64,000 bases of DNA from Octopus sinensis (taxonomy: Eukaryota), in assembly GCF_006345805.1 (NCBI RefSeq), contig NC_043009.1, forward strand, positions 9,796,001 through 9,860,000. Direction: 5' to 3'. This document shows, piece by piece, positions 23,423-35,926 of the stretch. The notes under the pieces were generated by a model, which was given only the letters and a program-made list of their open reading frames with translations, did no database searches and was not told the DNA's origin. Numbering within the stretch: the stretch's first letter is position 1; every line of letters starts with the position of its first letter. The translations under genes were made by a program, and so were the position numbers.

Positions 23423-23651
23423 TTAAATGAAAATGATGATGGTACCCTGCATGAATAAATACACACACACAAATGAATACAGTGGATTTGAAATCCAATA
23501 TCTTATAAATCTCTTTTTCCTTCACAAGACACCCTTACATAATTAAATTGCAATAAACTGTCATATTAAAAGTGCTTCTAAAAGTCAATCAATAGACAAA
23601 ATAAAAAAAATAAATAAACATAAACAGGAATTTAAGTGTTTAAGTTTCTAC

Positions 23652-23805
23652 CTGATTTTGTAAGAAATTTTCTTTTCCGCCAGAGTATTCGATCGGTCCA
23701 TGCAGGCACACGACATTTTTCACTGGTGTCGTAATCATCACTAAAGTTATCGTACTTATAGGTTGGTGCAAAATTGGTCTCACCTTCTTGGAAACCTCGG
23801 AAAAC
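23652..23805 (-). CDS. SYNJ1: Synaptojanin exon: [51 protein letters not shown]
   Basis: 154 nt, phase 0 to 1; motif PAWTDRIL. Confidence 0.97.
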
Positions 23806-24620
23806 CTGTCAAAGTAACAATGAAGCGTTTCTGATGAAGCACAAAAAACCAAATTAGTTTTCCATATTTTCACAGTATTTCGTTATCACCAACGACCATC
23901 TGTTTCTAATTAAGGTAATGTTGTCCTCTTTGTCCAGTCATGTTTTCACAGAATATTGGAAATGAATGACACAGATTGTTGTATGACAGGGGTACTCAAT
24001 TACAAATACCACATGAAGTCATGGGAAGGGAACACAAACACATCCACAAATGTTTCTGTGTGTACACCCTTATCTGGACATCATACGTTGATTTGTTACG
24101 TGACAACTTGCTGGGGCTGCCTGCTGGAGCCTAGCGTCGGGTATTAAAAGGGAAAAATTTGACAAGTCAGTCAGTCACCGGCTGACACTCGCTGACGATA
24201 CATCAAAGAGGCCAGGGAACAGAAGAAAGAAGACGTGCACCCAACACCAGAGCTGAAGACACCTCCAAAAGGGAGGGGGAGGGCCTGCCACATCAAAACG
24301 GTAGAGAAGTAGGGGCCGAAACTGGACGTGGTTCCTCCTGATGATGTCTTGAGCTAACTGGATCCTATAAAGGAGCTGTTGTGGTAGCAGACCACAGAAC
24401 ACGGTTGAAATTCTCCCATTTCTAGTCTTCTATGTCTGATCATTGGAAATATTTATCTTGCTTGGAAACAAAGTAAGAATTAGTGACAAGAGAGGCATCC
24501 AGCTGTAGAAAATTTGTGCAAGCATGGAAAAGTGGATTTGAAAATGATGATGAAATAAGATGATTATTGAAAGGGAGGTTGACAAGAAAACAATGAAAAA
24601 TCTTCTTTTTTTTTGTTTAC

Positions 24621-24779
24621 ATTGTTAGCATCCATCTGTATCTTGAGTTGGTCAGCAGCATGGAGGGCAGTCCAGTTTTGATTTCGGACAAGTTCTTTCA
24701 CATCGTCTTTTGGAAGATCAATACGATAGTTGAAATCACCAACCCAGAAAATATAGTCATGAGAACCAATGGGTTTACC
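24621..24779 (-). CDS. SYNJ1: Synaptojanin exon: [26 protein letters not shown]...[12 protein letters not shown]
   Basis: 159 nt, phase 0 to 0; 5-phosphatase motif WxGDxNYR. Confidence 0.97.
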
Positions 24780-24977
24780 CTGAAATATATAAACATATAA
24801 AATGCATAAAGGAAGTGAAATCTTCCACCGAAAAACAAAAGCAAAGAACAAAACGAAACAGTAGGAGAGATGAAAAAAAAAAGATAACACATTTTCTAAA
24901 TGTTGATGATAAAGACTAAAGGAAATGTAAATGTAAGCAATAGCAAATACATGCCCATGCTCACTCACAACGGGCTT

Positions 24978-25356
24978 TTTTCTGTTGCTGTTGCTGTTGA
25001 GCGAAGTGGTCTTCGTCTCAGAGTGGGAGAAGTCTGAAACGTGGTCCTTTGCTATTCGTAAGACCCGCAGAAGAGAAAGCAGGTCAACCCCCGACACCGA
25101 GAGCATCGACGGATGGATGAATGTGTATCCAGGCTCAGTGGTTGCGTGCGAAGTCGGGGACAAGAAACAGGAATAAAGAGTGAGAGAAAGTTGGAGTGAA
25201 AGAGTACAACAGGAGTTGCCACCACCCCCTGCCGGAGCCTCGTGGAGCTTTTAGGTGTTTTCGCTCAATAAACACACACAACGCCCGGTCTGGGAATTGA
25301 AACCGCGATCCTCCAACCGCGAGTCCGCTGCCCTAACCATTGGGCCATTGTGCCTC
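24978..25356 (-). mobile_element. Fourth tRNA-derived SINE family, (CAA)-rich tail
   Basis: Head ggcacaatggcccaatggttagggcagcggactcgc; copies 43066-43420(+), 58545-58870(-). Confidence 0.75.
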
Positions 25357-25925
25357 CACTTTCTGTTCCTGTCTACCACCTGGGCATTTAAGAGACTCAG
25401 TTCTGGTGTACTCATATGAACTGCTACAGTACATCTACCACATATGAAGCTTACATTTTCAGATAGTCTGCCAGTGATTTGACTATTTCTCTTGTGTGTT
25501 GATGGTTTAGATTGAGTACAGCATATGGAGTTTATACCTGCTTCTTTTCTGCTTATTGAGCAAAGCCATTTCCCTGAAGGTGCCAGGGTCATGTCTTCTT
25601 TCTTGCTTACTAAATCCTTTGTCTTTTCTGGGTTTACCTTAAACCCTCTCAATTTCAGGTTTAGCTTCCATGTCTGGGATTTTTTCTCCAATTCCTCAAT
25701 GGATTCAGAGATGAGAACTAAGTCATCACCATACAGGAGCTCCCAAGGACAGCCAGTCTTAAACTCCTCTGTAATGGCTTGTAGGATTATGACGAATAGG
25801 AGAGAAAGACTAAATTCATCCCATTATACTTGTGTACATTGCTTAAACTGCCCACACAAGCCATTCATTTGCTCCTATTTTCCTAAGTACCCACCAAATG
25901 ACTGAATGTGGTACCTTGTCAAATA
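25357..25925 (-). pseudogene. Decayed RTE LINE reverse transcriptase fragment
   Basis: VKTGCPWELLYGDDLVLISES..ELEKK..TWK; same family as 57205-58440. Confidence 0.75.
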
Positions 25926-25949
25926 TTTTCTAGCAAGTCAACAAAAGTC

Positions 25950-26377
25950 GGATCTTTTCGGTTTGACCGGCAGTTTTTTAAAATAATTTCCACGTAACTA
26001 AACACTTTTAAACATTGTATACTGGTAGAATGTGTTTATAAAACATCTTTTTCTCTTGGATTTATTGAGAAAATTCTATAGTTTGTAAAATATTTGTTGT
26101 TTTTTTTCTTCAATTTCTGCAATTTCAACCAATCAATGATGTCTATTGAGGTGAAAACATTCTGTGCCGTATGAATATGTCCCTCGTTTAAGAAACAGAT
26201 TGGGTTTATTTACATTTCTGAAGAAAAAAAGATACCCTTCCCCCACCCCTAACCCTAACCCTAACTCTAACCCTAAAACAGATTGAAATGCAATAGATCG
26301 ATACTAGGGTTATAATTATGGGTGACAATTTCATATGACACCGCTAGAAAAAACTGCTGTTCAAACCGAAAAGATCC
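25950..26377. mobile_element. 428-bp MITE with ~29-bp TIRs, 8-bp TSD and an internal telomere-type repeat
   Basis: CAAAAGTC|GGATCTTTTCGGTTTGA...TCAAACCGAAAAGATCC|CAAAAGTC; (CCCTAA)5 at 26247-26276. Confidence 0.92.
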
Positions 26378-26667
26378 CAAAAGTCCAGTATAGCAGTTTA
26401 TTCTTAGCTGGGTATTTCTCCTGTAGGAAGATTGCATCTGAGATGCCTCTACTGGGGACAAAGGCAAACTGCATCTCATCCAGGCCTACTCTACCATAGA
26501 CCCATTGGACTATGACTTTCTTTGTGACCCCATAATTTAATCTAGCAGTTTGATTCCCTTATAGCTATGTTCACTGTTTACATTAGATGACTAATGTAAA
26601 CAATGTACATAATATAAATTCCTCATTTTAGAAATATTGAAACCCCTGTAGTTAATTCTCTCTAAGG

Positions 26668-26997
26668 CAGTAGTTCTCAACCAGGGTCCATATAAGATTT
26701 TGCAGGGTCTATGCAACAAAATAGTAAATCAGGGAGCCATAATAGTATTTTAAGGGCATCTGAAAAAATTTTGTTTTAGCTGTATGTATTGGTGTGTATT
26801 TCAAGAAACAGTCAGGTTTCTTTCTCTGACATTTTACACAGTTCAGTCAACACAAGTGAATGTGTGGAAAACAAAATAGGAATTTTGGAAAAAATTTCTA
26901 TAAAACTAGTTCTTAAACATTGAATGGCTATGGGGGATCACCAGAATGAAATAGTAATCAAAGGGGTCCATAGATAAAAAATGGTTGAGAACCCCTG
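26668..26997. mobile_element. hAT/Charlie-type MITE
   Basis: CAGTAGTTCTCAACC...GGTTGAGAACCCCTG; 8-bp TSD ctctaagg/ccctaagg (7 of 8 match). Confidence 0.88.
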
Positions 26998-27473
26998 CCC
27001 TAAGGCATCACCTTTGCCTCAGGTATGCAGTTTACAATGATACTGCTATACCAGTCTTTGGATATGACACACTCCTGAATGACTTGATAAACTCTCTAGG
27101 TGATATTCTTGCATCTCACATCCACAGACAGTCCCACTGCATGGCACCTTGGATAAGTGTCTTCCACTATAACCCCGGGCTGACCAAAGCTTTGTCAGAA
27201 GTCGAAAGAAGTGTGTGTGTGTGTGTTTATGTTTGTCTGCCCACCACTGCTTGATAACCAATATTGGCTTGTTTACATCCCCGTAACTAAGCAGTTCAGC
27301 AAAAAGTGACAGACAAAATAAGTACCAGGCTTTAGAAAAAGGAACCTAAGTACTGGAGTCGATTCGTTCCACTAAACCCTTCAAGCAAATGCCCCAGCAT
27401 GGCCACAGTCCAATTACTGAAACGAATAAAAGATAACAAGGTAAGAAAATTAATTTGTAAAAAAAAAACCAAC

Positions 27474-27663
27474 CTGTAATGAAACCCTCTTCATAATCTC
27501 ATGGAAATCATTGTTGCGTTCGTTCACCTGTGACTGCCCGGCTGCAAAATGAGCGCAGAGGAAGCAAAATGAGGTAGCATTGAGTAAAAAGCGGACACCT
27601 ACGGCGCCTTTGTTGCCTGTAGCACCTCCAAGGCCTGTTTTGACAGACTCAATAGCAATATCC
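27474..27663 (-). CDS. SYNJ1: Synaptojanin exon: [25 protein letters not shown]...[23 protein letters not shown]
   Basis: 190 nt, phase 2 to 0, tgtttcag acceptor, CAG|gttggt donor; not present in the ORF track. Confidence 0.97.
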
Positions 27664-28733
27664 CTGAAACAAATGGAATGGAAACATTACATCACCACCA
27701 TCATCATATACAGGCATAAAAGCACATACATACACACACACATGGGTTGGCTTAATGGTTTTCTCTATAGCAATTGTTCATCCGGCTAGGAAAAAAAAAA
27801 GAGCAAACCTCACTCTAATAGCTTAAAAAAAAAAACACCCTGTGTGCTTATGGTCATCAGATGGATACAGGATGATCAGCAAAAATGTTGGGAGTTCGCA
27901 CCTGTCACAGGTACTGTCTTGTGTTTATGGTCAAGACATTTATTCAGCAACTACCAATTTAACTAAACTCTAAAAGGATAGAAACCATTTAATTCTAAAC
28001 CTGAGTTCTTTAGTAATTTCCATAAAGATTTAACAAGGCAGCACTAGTCCATACAAATGTTGACAAATAGGCACATACTTGATGGGGCTGTATATGATAA
28101 TAATCATCATCATCATCATTTAACGTCCGCTTTCCATGCTAGCATGGGTTGGACAGTTCAACTGGGGTCTGGGAAGCCCGAAGGCTGCACCAGGCCAGTC
28201 AGATCTGGCAGTGTTTCTACAGCTGGATGCCCTTCCTAACGCCAACCACTCCGTGAGTGTAGTGGGTGCTTTTTATGTGCCACCGGCACGGAGGCCAGGT
28301 AGGGCTGGCAACGGCCACGATCGGATGGTGTGGATAATAAATAATTGTACAAAATTAGCTTCCTTTTCATTTTAACATCCACTTTTCTTTACTAACTTGG
28401 GGTGGATGGAATTTGGTGAGGACGATTTTTCTATGGCTGGATGCACTTCCTGTCACCAACCTCCACCTGTTTCTCAGAAAGCTGATAATTCCTCATAGCC
28501 AAACATGTTTCCACGGAAGATTAGAAATGAAGGACACCACTTTTATGATGGTGATACTCATTTACAACTATCACATGATGCCAGTGTAAAGAGACAATAA
28601 AACACACACTCACACATACATTGCCTAATATTCTATAAGTCTGAAAAAATATGAACTCATATATTTGTCAATAGAGTGGACATATTAATCAAAGTGTATA
28701 GTATCATTTGTCTGTTTGTCCATCCTCTGTCTG

Positions 28734-28775
<42 letters not shown>

Positions 28776-28967
28776 GCCATGATAGATCGTTAGCCACTAC
28801 ACACATTTTTTTCTCTTCTTGTTTTTTCTGTGTCCCTTTCTGTAAAAGAGCGTAGGCTCGAAACATAAAAGACTTTTTCTATTCCTGAGCGTTATACTAA
28901 TACATCTGTTTGTTTTGTATACCACCTGTCTTCGTCTTTTGTTTTTTTGGTAAACTCTCCCTATATA

Positions 28968-29004
<37 letters not shown>

Positions 29005-29019
<15 letters not shown>

Positions 29020-29522
29020 AACAAAACAGGCTCCTTTCAGTTTCCATCAACCAAATCCATTTACAAGGATTTGGTTGGCCCAGGGTTTTAGCAGAAGACA
29101 CTTGCCCAGGGTGCCATGCAGTAGGACTACACCTGAAACCAGGTATTTGGGAAGCAAACTTCTTAATCAGACAGCCACACCTGTTCCTACTTCATTAAAA
29201 CAAACAGCTTTATTTTTAATTGAAAACCTGCAAATGAGGTGTTTGTAAATTACCACTGAGTGGAAAAGAAGGAGCTGAACTCCAAAAGATTCAGAACCCT
29301 TGATGATCTAATGTGTATACTCTTTTACTCTTTTACTTGTTTCAGTCATTTGACTGCGGCCATGCTGGAGCACCGCCTTTAATCGAGCAACTCGACCCCG
29401 GGACTTATTCTTTGTAAGCCCAGTACTTATTCTATCAGTCTCTTTTGCCGAACCGCTAAGTGACGGGGACATAAGCACATAGGTTGTCAAGCAATGCTAG
29501 GGGGACAAACACAGACACACAA

Positions 29523-29612
<90 letters not shown>

Positions 29613-30115
29613 AACAAAACAGGCTCCTTTCAGTTTCCATCAACCAAATCCATTTACAAGGATTTGGTTGGCCCAGGGTTTTAGCAGAAGACACTTGCCC
29701 AGGGTGCCATGCAGTAGGACTACACCTGAAACCAGGTATTTGGGAAGCAAACTTCTTAATCAGACAGCCACACCTGTTCCTACTTCATTAAAACAAACAG
29801 CTTTATTTTTAATTGAAAACCTGCAAATGAGGTGTTTGTAAATTACCACTGAGTGGAAAAGAAGGAGCTGAACTCCAAAAGATTCAGAACCCTTGATGAT
29901 CTAATGTGTATACTCTTTTACTCTTTTACTTGTTTCAGTCATTTGACTGCGGCCATGCTGGAGCACCGCCTTTAATCGAGCAACTCGACCCCGGGACTTA
30001 TTCTTTGTAAGCCCAGTACTTATTCTATCAGTCTCTTTTGCCGAACCGCTAAGTGACGGGGACATAAGCACATAGGTTGTCAAGCAATGCTAGGGGGACA
30101 AACACAGACACACAA

Positions 30116-30150
<35 letters not shown>

Positions 30151-30190
30151 CATATATACGACAGGCTTCTTTCAGTTTCCGTCTACCAAA
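29005..30190. repeat. Perfect 593-bp tandem duplication bounded by (TA)n
   Basis: caaacaaaacagg at 29018 and 29611; identical ORFs at 29308 and 29901. Confidence 0.95.
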
Positions 30191-31105
30191 TCCACTCACA
30201 AGGCATTGGTCGGCCCGGGGCTATAGCAGAAGACACTTGCCCAAGATGCCACGCAGTGGGACTGAACCCGGAACCATGTGGTTGGTTAGCAAGCTATTGA
30301 CTACACAGTCACTCCTGTGCCTTAGTTATCACAATGATAACTAATTAGAAATTCTACATTAATTACTGATATTAAATCTTGGCCAGCAATTTTGGGGGAG
30401 GGGATAAATTGATTTCATCAACCCCAGCTTTCAACTGGTACCAATTTTATTGGCCCCCAGAAGGATGAAATACAAAGACAACTCCAGCAGCATTTGAACT
30501 CAGGCTGTAAAGACAGGCAAAATACCACTAGGCATTTTGCCTGGCATGCTAACGATTCTGCTGGCTCACCACCTTAAATTATATACTCTTTTACTTGTTT
30601 CAGTCATTTGATTGTGGCCATGCTGGAGCACCGCCTTAGTCGAGCAAATTGACCCCAGGACATATTCTTCGTAAGCCTAGTACTTATTCTATCAATCTCT
30701 TTTGCCGAACCGGTAAGTTACGGGGACGTAAATACACCAGCATCGGTTGTCAAGCGATGTTTGGGGGGGACAAACACACACACACACACAAACACATATA
30801 TACGATGGGCTTCTTTTAGTTTCCGTCAACCAAATCCACTCACAAGGCTTTGGTCGGCCCAAGGCTATAGTAGAAGACACTTGCCCAAGGTGCCAAGTGG
30901 TGGGACTGAACCCGGAACTGTGTGGTTGGTTAGCAAGCTACTTACCACACAGCCACTCCTATGCCTGTTAATTATTATGTTAATTATTGACACACAACAA
31001 TATAATTGGTTTCAAATTTTGACACAATGCCAGCGATTTCGAGGGAGTGGATAAGTTGATTACATTGACCCCAGTTTAAATGTTAATTATTGAAACACAA
31101 TAATA

Positions 31106-31507
31106 TCTTTATATATAAAAGTGAAGTTGTGTGCTGTCTGTCTCCTACGATTTAGATTCCTAACTACTCCCACATATTGCGGTGCAGTTTAACCAAAACT
31201 GGGTATCTTATAGTCGTGATTCATATCGAGCCCTTCTGGGTATTAGCGCCCGTCTACAATGAGTCTACAATTTAAAAAAAAATTTACCATCATTTTTTTC
31301 CATTTTAATGCATTTTTTTCGCTATTATATAAGGGAAGTAACTCTCTAAAAATGTCTACGATGAGTCAACGATTTAAAAAAAAATTTACCATAATTTTTT
31401 TTCCATTTTTAATGCATTTTTTTGCTACTTTTTGGCTATAACTCTCTAAAAATGCTTATATAGTTATTTCCCTTACAAACCTGAGCAACGCCGGGTGATA
31501 CTGCTAG
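31106..31507 (+). mobile_element. Non-autonomous Helitron (402 bp)
   Basis: A|TC start (tctttatatataaaag), subterminal hairpin cctgagcaacgccggg 31480-31495, CTAG|T end, no TSD, internal ~100-bp duplication. Confidence 0.88.
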
Positions 31508-31849
31508 TTTTAATAAACTCTATGGAGAGATTTAAACTAATTATTAGCACATCTGCAGCATCATGATAATAGGATTTGAGATTCTTAATTGCAAACATTG
31601 CTAATTAAGTTTTTGTCATTATCCTCATTTAAAGTTCACTTTTTGATGCTTTCATGGGTCTGATGGAATTCAATGAGGAAAATTTTCCACGTCCAGCTGT
31701 CCAGCCTTTTGCCAACCTTCGCCTGTTTCCAAGCAAGGTAATATTTCCCTAGAGTTACACATATTTTCATGAAGACTGAAGTCACAAATATCGCTTGTAT
31801 GATAGTGATGCTTCTTTACAACCATCACATGATGCCAAAACAAGGGCAT

Positions 31850-31913
<64 letters not shown>

Positions 31914-32148
31914 GACATAGATACAACAGGCTTCTTTCAAATCTAGCAAGTCTATTCACAATCCTTTGGCCAACGCAGGATGATAGTAGAAGACATTTGC
32001 CCAAGGTGCTATGCAGTGGAACTGAACTCAAGACCACATGATTGGGAAGCAAGCTTATTAACCACACGGTCATACCTGTTAATGAGAATTAAAAGAAAAA
32101 GAAAAAAAGCTTTCATAAAAATCAAATAGTGTGAAATCTTTAACTCAC

Positions 32149-32289
32149 GAGATTAATGGCGCCAGATGTGGTCTGATAAATAAGATTAGGCAAACTCCTA
32201 CAAGCTGGATTGTTGCTAATGGAATATATTTGTACTCTCGAGAAATTGTCTTTTGAATTTCATTTTGCCATTCACGGGAATTTTCCGTG
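32149..32289 (-). CDS. SYNJ1: Synaptojanin exon: [17 protein letters not shown]...[20 protein letters not shown]
   Basis: 141 nt, phase 2 to 2, donor gtgagt; conserved QLVGVCL. Confidence 0.96.
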
Positions 32290-32681
32290 CTAGAAGAAAA
32301 ATAAATAAATGAAATGATAGCACATATTTTGAATTTCAATATTAAAAAACAAAAGCAATAAGGAATAAATTTTGCTTTGTATGACAACCACAAACAGAAT
32401 GTGATAATGTTTGTCTAACCCTTACAGAATGTGATAATGTTTGTCTGACCCATTAGCATTTAAACTGGCCATATCCAGCCAAATATTCTGTTTTGTGTTC
32501 AGCCTTGCCAGATCTGGCATCTCACACCTATCTTACAATGTCATTGTAAATATAAACAATTACATCATTGAAAACTTGAAGCTACAAGATATAATGCGTG
32601 GTTAATTGAAAACAATGTTAATAAATAAGTATTACATTTGACAGATTAATCTGAATGTTAAAGGGCTAAATGTTTAAATGT

Positions 32682-33530
32682 GTCACGTAAAGGTACCTGT
32701 GGGCTGCCACATAAAAGTGCCTGTGCGGTGTCACATAAAAGTGCCTGTGCGGTACCATGTAAAAGTGCCTGTGCGGTACCACGTAAAAGTGCCTGTGCAG
32801 TACCATGTAAAAGTGCCTGTGCGGTACCACGTAAAAGTGCCTGTGCAGTACCATGTAAAAGTGCCTGTGCGGTACCACGTAAAAGTGCCTGTGCAGTACC
32901 ATGTAAAAGTGCCTGTGCAGTACCATGTAAAAGTGCCTGTGCGGTACCACGTAAAAGTGCCTGTGCAGTACCATGTAAAAGTGCCTGTGCGGTACCACGT
33001 AAAAGTGCCTGTGCAGTACCATGTAAAAGTGCCTGTGCGGTACCACGTAAAAGTGCCTGTGCAGTACCATGTAAAAGTGCCTGTGTGGTACCACGTAAAA
33101 GTGCCTGTGCAGTACCATGTAAAAGTGCCTGTGCAGTCTCACATAAAAGTGCCTGTGCAGTACCATGTAAAAGTGCCTGTGCGGTACCACGTAAAAGTGC
33201 CTGTGCAGTACCATGTAAAAGTGCCTGTGCGGTACCACGTAAAAGTGCCTGTGCAGTACCATGTAAAAGTGCCTGTGCGGTACCACGTAAAAGTGCCTGT
33301 GCAGTACCATGTAAAAGTGCCTGTGCAGTCTCACATAAAAGTGCCTGTGCAGTGCCACGTAAACGTGTCTGTGCGGTTCCACATAAAAGTGCCTGTGTGA
33401 TACCATGTAAAAGTGCCTGTGCAATGCCATGTAAAAGTCCTTGTGTGGCGCCACGTAAAACATCCATGTGGTGCCACATAAAGCACCCATGTGGCACCAC
33501 ATAAACGCATCTGTGCAGCGCCATGTAAAA
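32682..33530. repeat. 24-bp minisatellite (~35 units) with higher-order structure, grading into an RTE 3' tail
   Basis: Alternating cggtaccacgtaaaagtgcctgtg and cagtaccatgtaaaagtgcctgtg. Confidence 0.97.
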
Positions 33531-34761
33531 GCACCCAGTACACTCTGTAAAGTGGTTGGTGTTAGGAAGGGTATCCAGCTATAAAAGTCATGCGAAATCA
33601 GACTGGGGTCTGGTGCAGCCCACCAGCATGCCAGCTTTGGTCACACCACTCAACCCATGCCAGCATGGACAACAGATGTTAAATGATGATGATGAATCTC
33701 AGAGAAAAAATAAATAATTGTAATGTCATCCAATTTCTACATTCATACAAATTTATATGAACGGGGTATTATTGATGGAATTGATTCCAGAACATGTCTT
33801 ACATATTTATGGATTGAAGGAATGGAAAACAAAGTAGGCCACAGAAGAATATGAACTCAGAATGAATACAATTAGAATTCTTAATACTGCATTCTGTTAT
33901 GCTTCCACACCATTCATTCATTTTTTCCTTCGACTCCATATTGACAGAATATAGGGTGACTACAAGAGATGTCCATCTCAGGGGTCTCGGTCTTTCATCA
34001 TTTCCTCTGTAAAGCCCAACGTGCCACTGGCACGGGTATCACAGTTACAATATCTATTTGATTTTTATTTTGTTGTTGATGTACTTGACTCAATAAGTCT
34101 CCTCAAGCACAGCAGGTCACCCTACGATCCAAGGTTAGCAGAGCAGGCCGTCCTGCGAGCCATGAACTCACTTCATTTGTCAGACACACTTCATATCCAG
34201 ACAATATATACCTCATATGTAAATAATATACTATCACTGCTACTAAACACTCCATTGGTTACAACTACAAGGGTCACAGTTGATCTGATCAAAAGAACAG
34301 CTTGCTCATGAAATTAACAAGCAACTGGCTGAGAACTCCACAGACATGTGTACCCTTAACATACTTCTCTGGGAGATTCAGCATGACACAGAATGTGACA
34401 ACGCTGACCCTTTGAAATACAAATACCATAAATCCTTGAGTATAATCCGCATTTTTTCCCCAAAATTGAAAGGTCAAAATCCCTAGTGTGTACTATATAC
34501 GAGGTTAAAAATGAAAAATATTTTCTAAGCAATTTCCGAGTCTCTATTTGCTGTCCGGCAATGTTTATTCAAACACATTTTGTGATGTCGGGTGCAAAAA
34601 TACCTTAAATCATCCATAAATTGCAGTAAGCAACATTTATTAAACGTTATTACTGTTAATTCTTTATTTTCTGCAAACAAAATGTCCCAAAAAAGCTACA
34701 CATTTGCATTATGTTATATGTACAATAATAATAAAGGATTTACGGACATGTACTTGCATAG

Positions 34762-35002
34762 CGAGTGATCTGATCTGAGATCGTGTGCTGGAACGAAAAC
34801 ATTTGCAGCGTGGAAGGTGTTTATAAGCCATTTAAGAAACACACAAAAACCGTTAGATTCACTTCAACATTTAAATTTAATTTGTCAAAATATTTTCGTC
34901 ACTTTGAGACCGCGACCTGTTCACTGATAAAACTTCATGCTAGTGAATCACACTGTTTTTGTGTTTCTTAAATGGCTTATAAACACCTTCCATGCTGCAA
35001 TA
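34762..35002 (-). mobile_element. Penelope-like fragment with a partial inverted repeat, nested in the MITE
   Basis: 34805-34850 is inverted at ~34953-35002; hammerhead-like core. Confidence 0.6.
34881..34931 (-). ncRNA. Minimal type I hammerhead-like motif, G3-C8 variant
   Basis: UUUAUCA-GUGAACA-G-GUCGC..GUGAC-GAA-AAUAUU-U-UGACAAA. Confidence 0.55.
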
Positions 35003-35926
35003 GTAAAGGATGTTCCCGTATACATTTTTACAAACCAAGGACATTATATAGACCTCCTTGACTCAAGTTAGAGAAGGGGTGTGTATTATACATAAGGTTT
35101 AGGTTTTTCAGAGGTACAGCCCCCTAAAAATCCCCTGCGTATTATACTCAAGGGCAGACTATACTCAAAGATTTACGGTACTACTCATTTTTGCCAGCTG
35201 AGTGGACTGGTGCAATGTGAAATAAAGTGTCTTGCTCAAGGACACAACACATTGTTGGGAATTGAACTCATGACCTTGTGATCGTGAGCCGAATACCCTA
35301 ACCACTAAGCTATGCACCCAGTATGCAATACTTTATAATTTAAAATGATTTACCACCTTATTCATGGGCACAAACTTAGCTGTGTGGTTAAGAAGTTTAC
35401 TTTGCAAACATTTTATTTTTTGTATCCCATTTAGTGATATCTTTGACAAATGATGTCTATCATAGCCTCATCCTCATCACCATGTTGCTTTAGCATCTAC
35501 TTTTCTATACTTGCATGGATCAGACAAAGTTTATCGAGGCAAAATCTCTATGGATGGATATCATTCCTGCTAGAAATAGCAATCAAACATTCCTGAAATC
35601 GAATTCTACCATTTAAAAAACAAAAAGACACTGAATCCTTTGTAACAAAGACAAAGATCTATGGAATACTTTTAGCATGAAAACCCATTATTTGTGTATG
35701 TATGTGTGTGTGTAAGGAAATCTGACAACCTGTTGTTGTCAAACAAAAATACCTTGAGATGTTTGTTATGCTTGAGTTACACAGATGGTCCCTTGTCACT
35801 CTCACCATCATTAACCCATTAGCATTTAAACCAATCAGATCCAGCCTCTCACACCCACCCTGCAATGCCATTCTAAATATATACAATCACATCACCAAAA
35901 TCTCAAAACTGCAAGATAAATGCACG

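Larger units (their letters stand above)
34426..35178. mobile_element. Tc1/mariner-superfamily (Tc2/pogo-like) MITE inserted in a SINE
   Basis: TA|CCATAAATCCTTGAGTATA ... TATACTCAAAGATTTACGG|TA. Confidence 0.8.

Noticed and set aside
24564-25163. 199-aa ORF as a single gene
   Set aside because: Only 24621-24779 is synaptojanin exon; the rest is intron and SINE read-through.
25270-25356. tRNA-like heads here and at 43066, 14460 and 51040 as tRNA genes
   Set aside because: They are A/B-box heads continuous with SINE bodies, with incomplete cloverleaves.
32658-33524. Four long ORFs (240-288 aa) as repeat proteins
   Set aside because: They arise from a 24-bp minisatellite that is open on both strands, is intronic and derives from an RTE 3' UTR.
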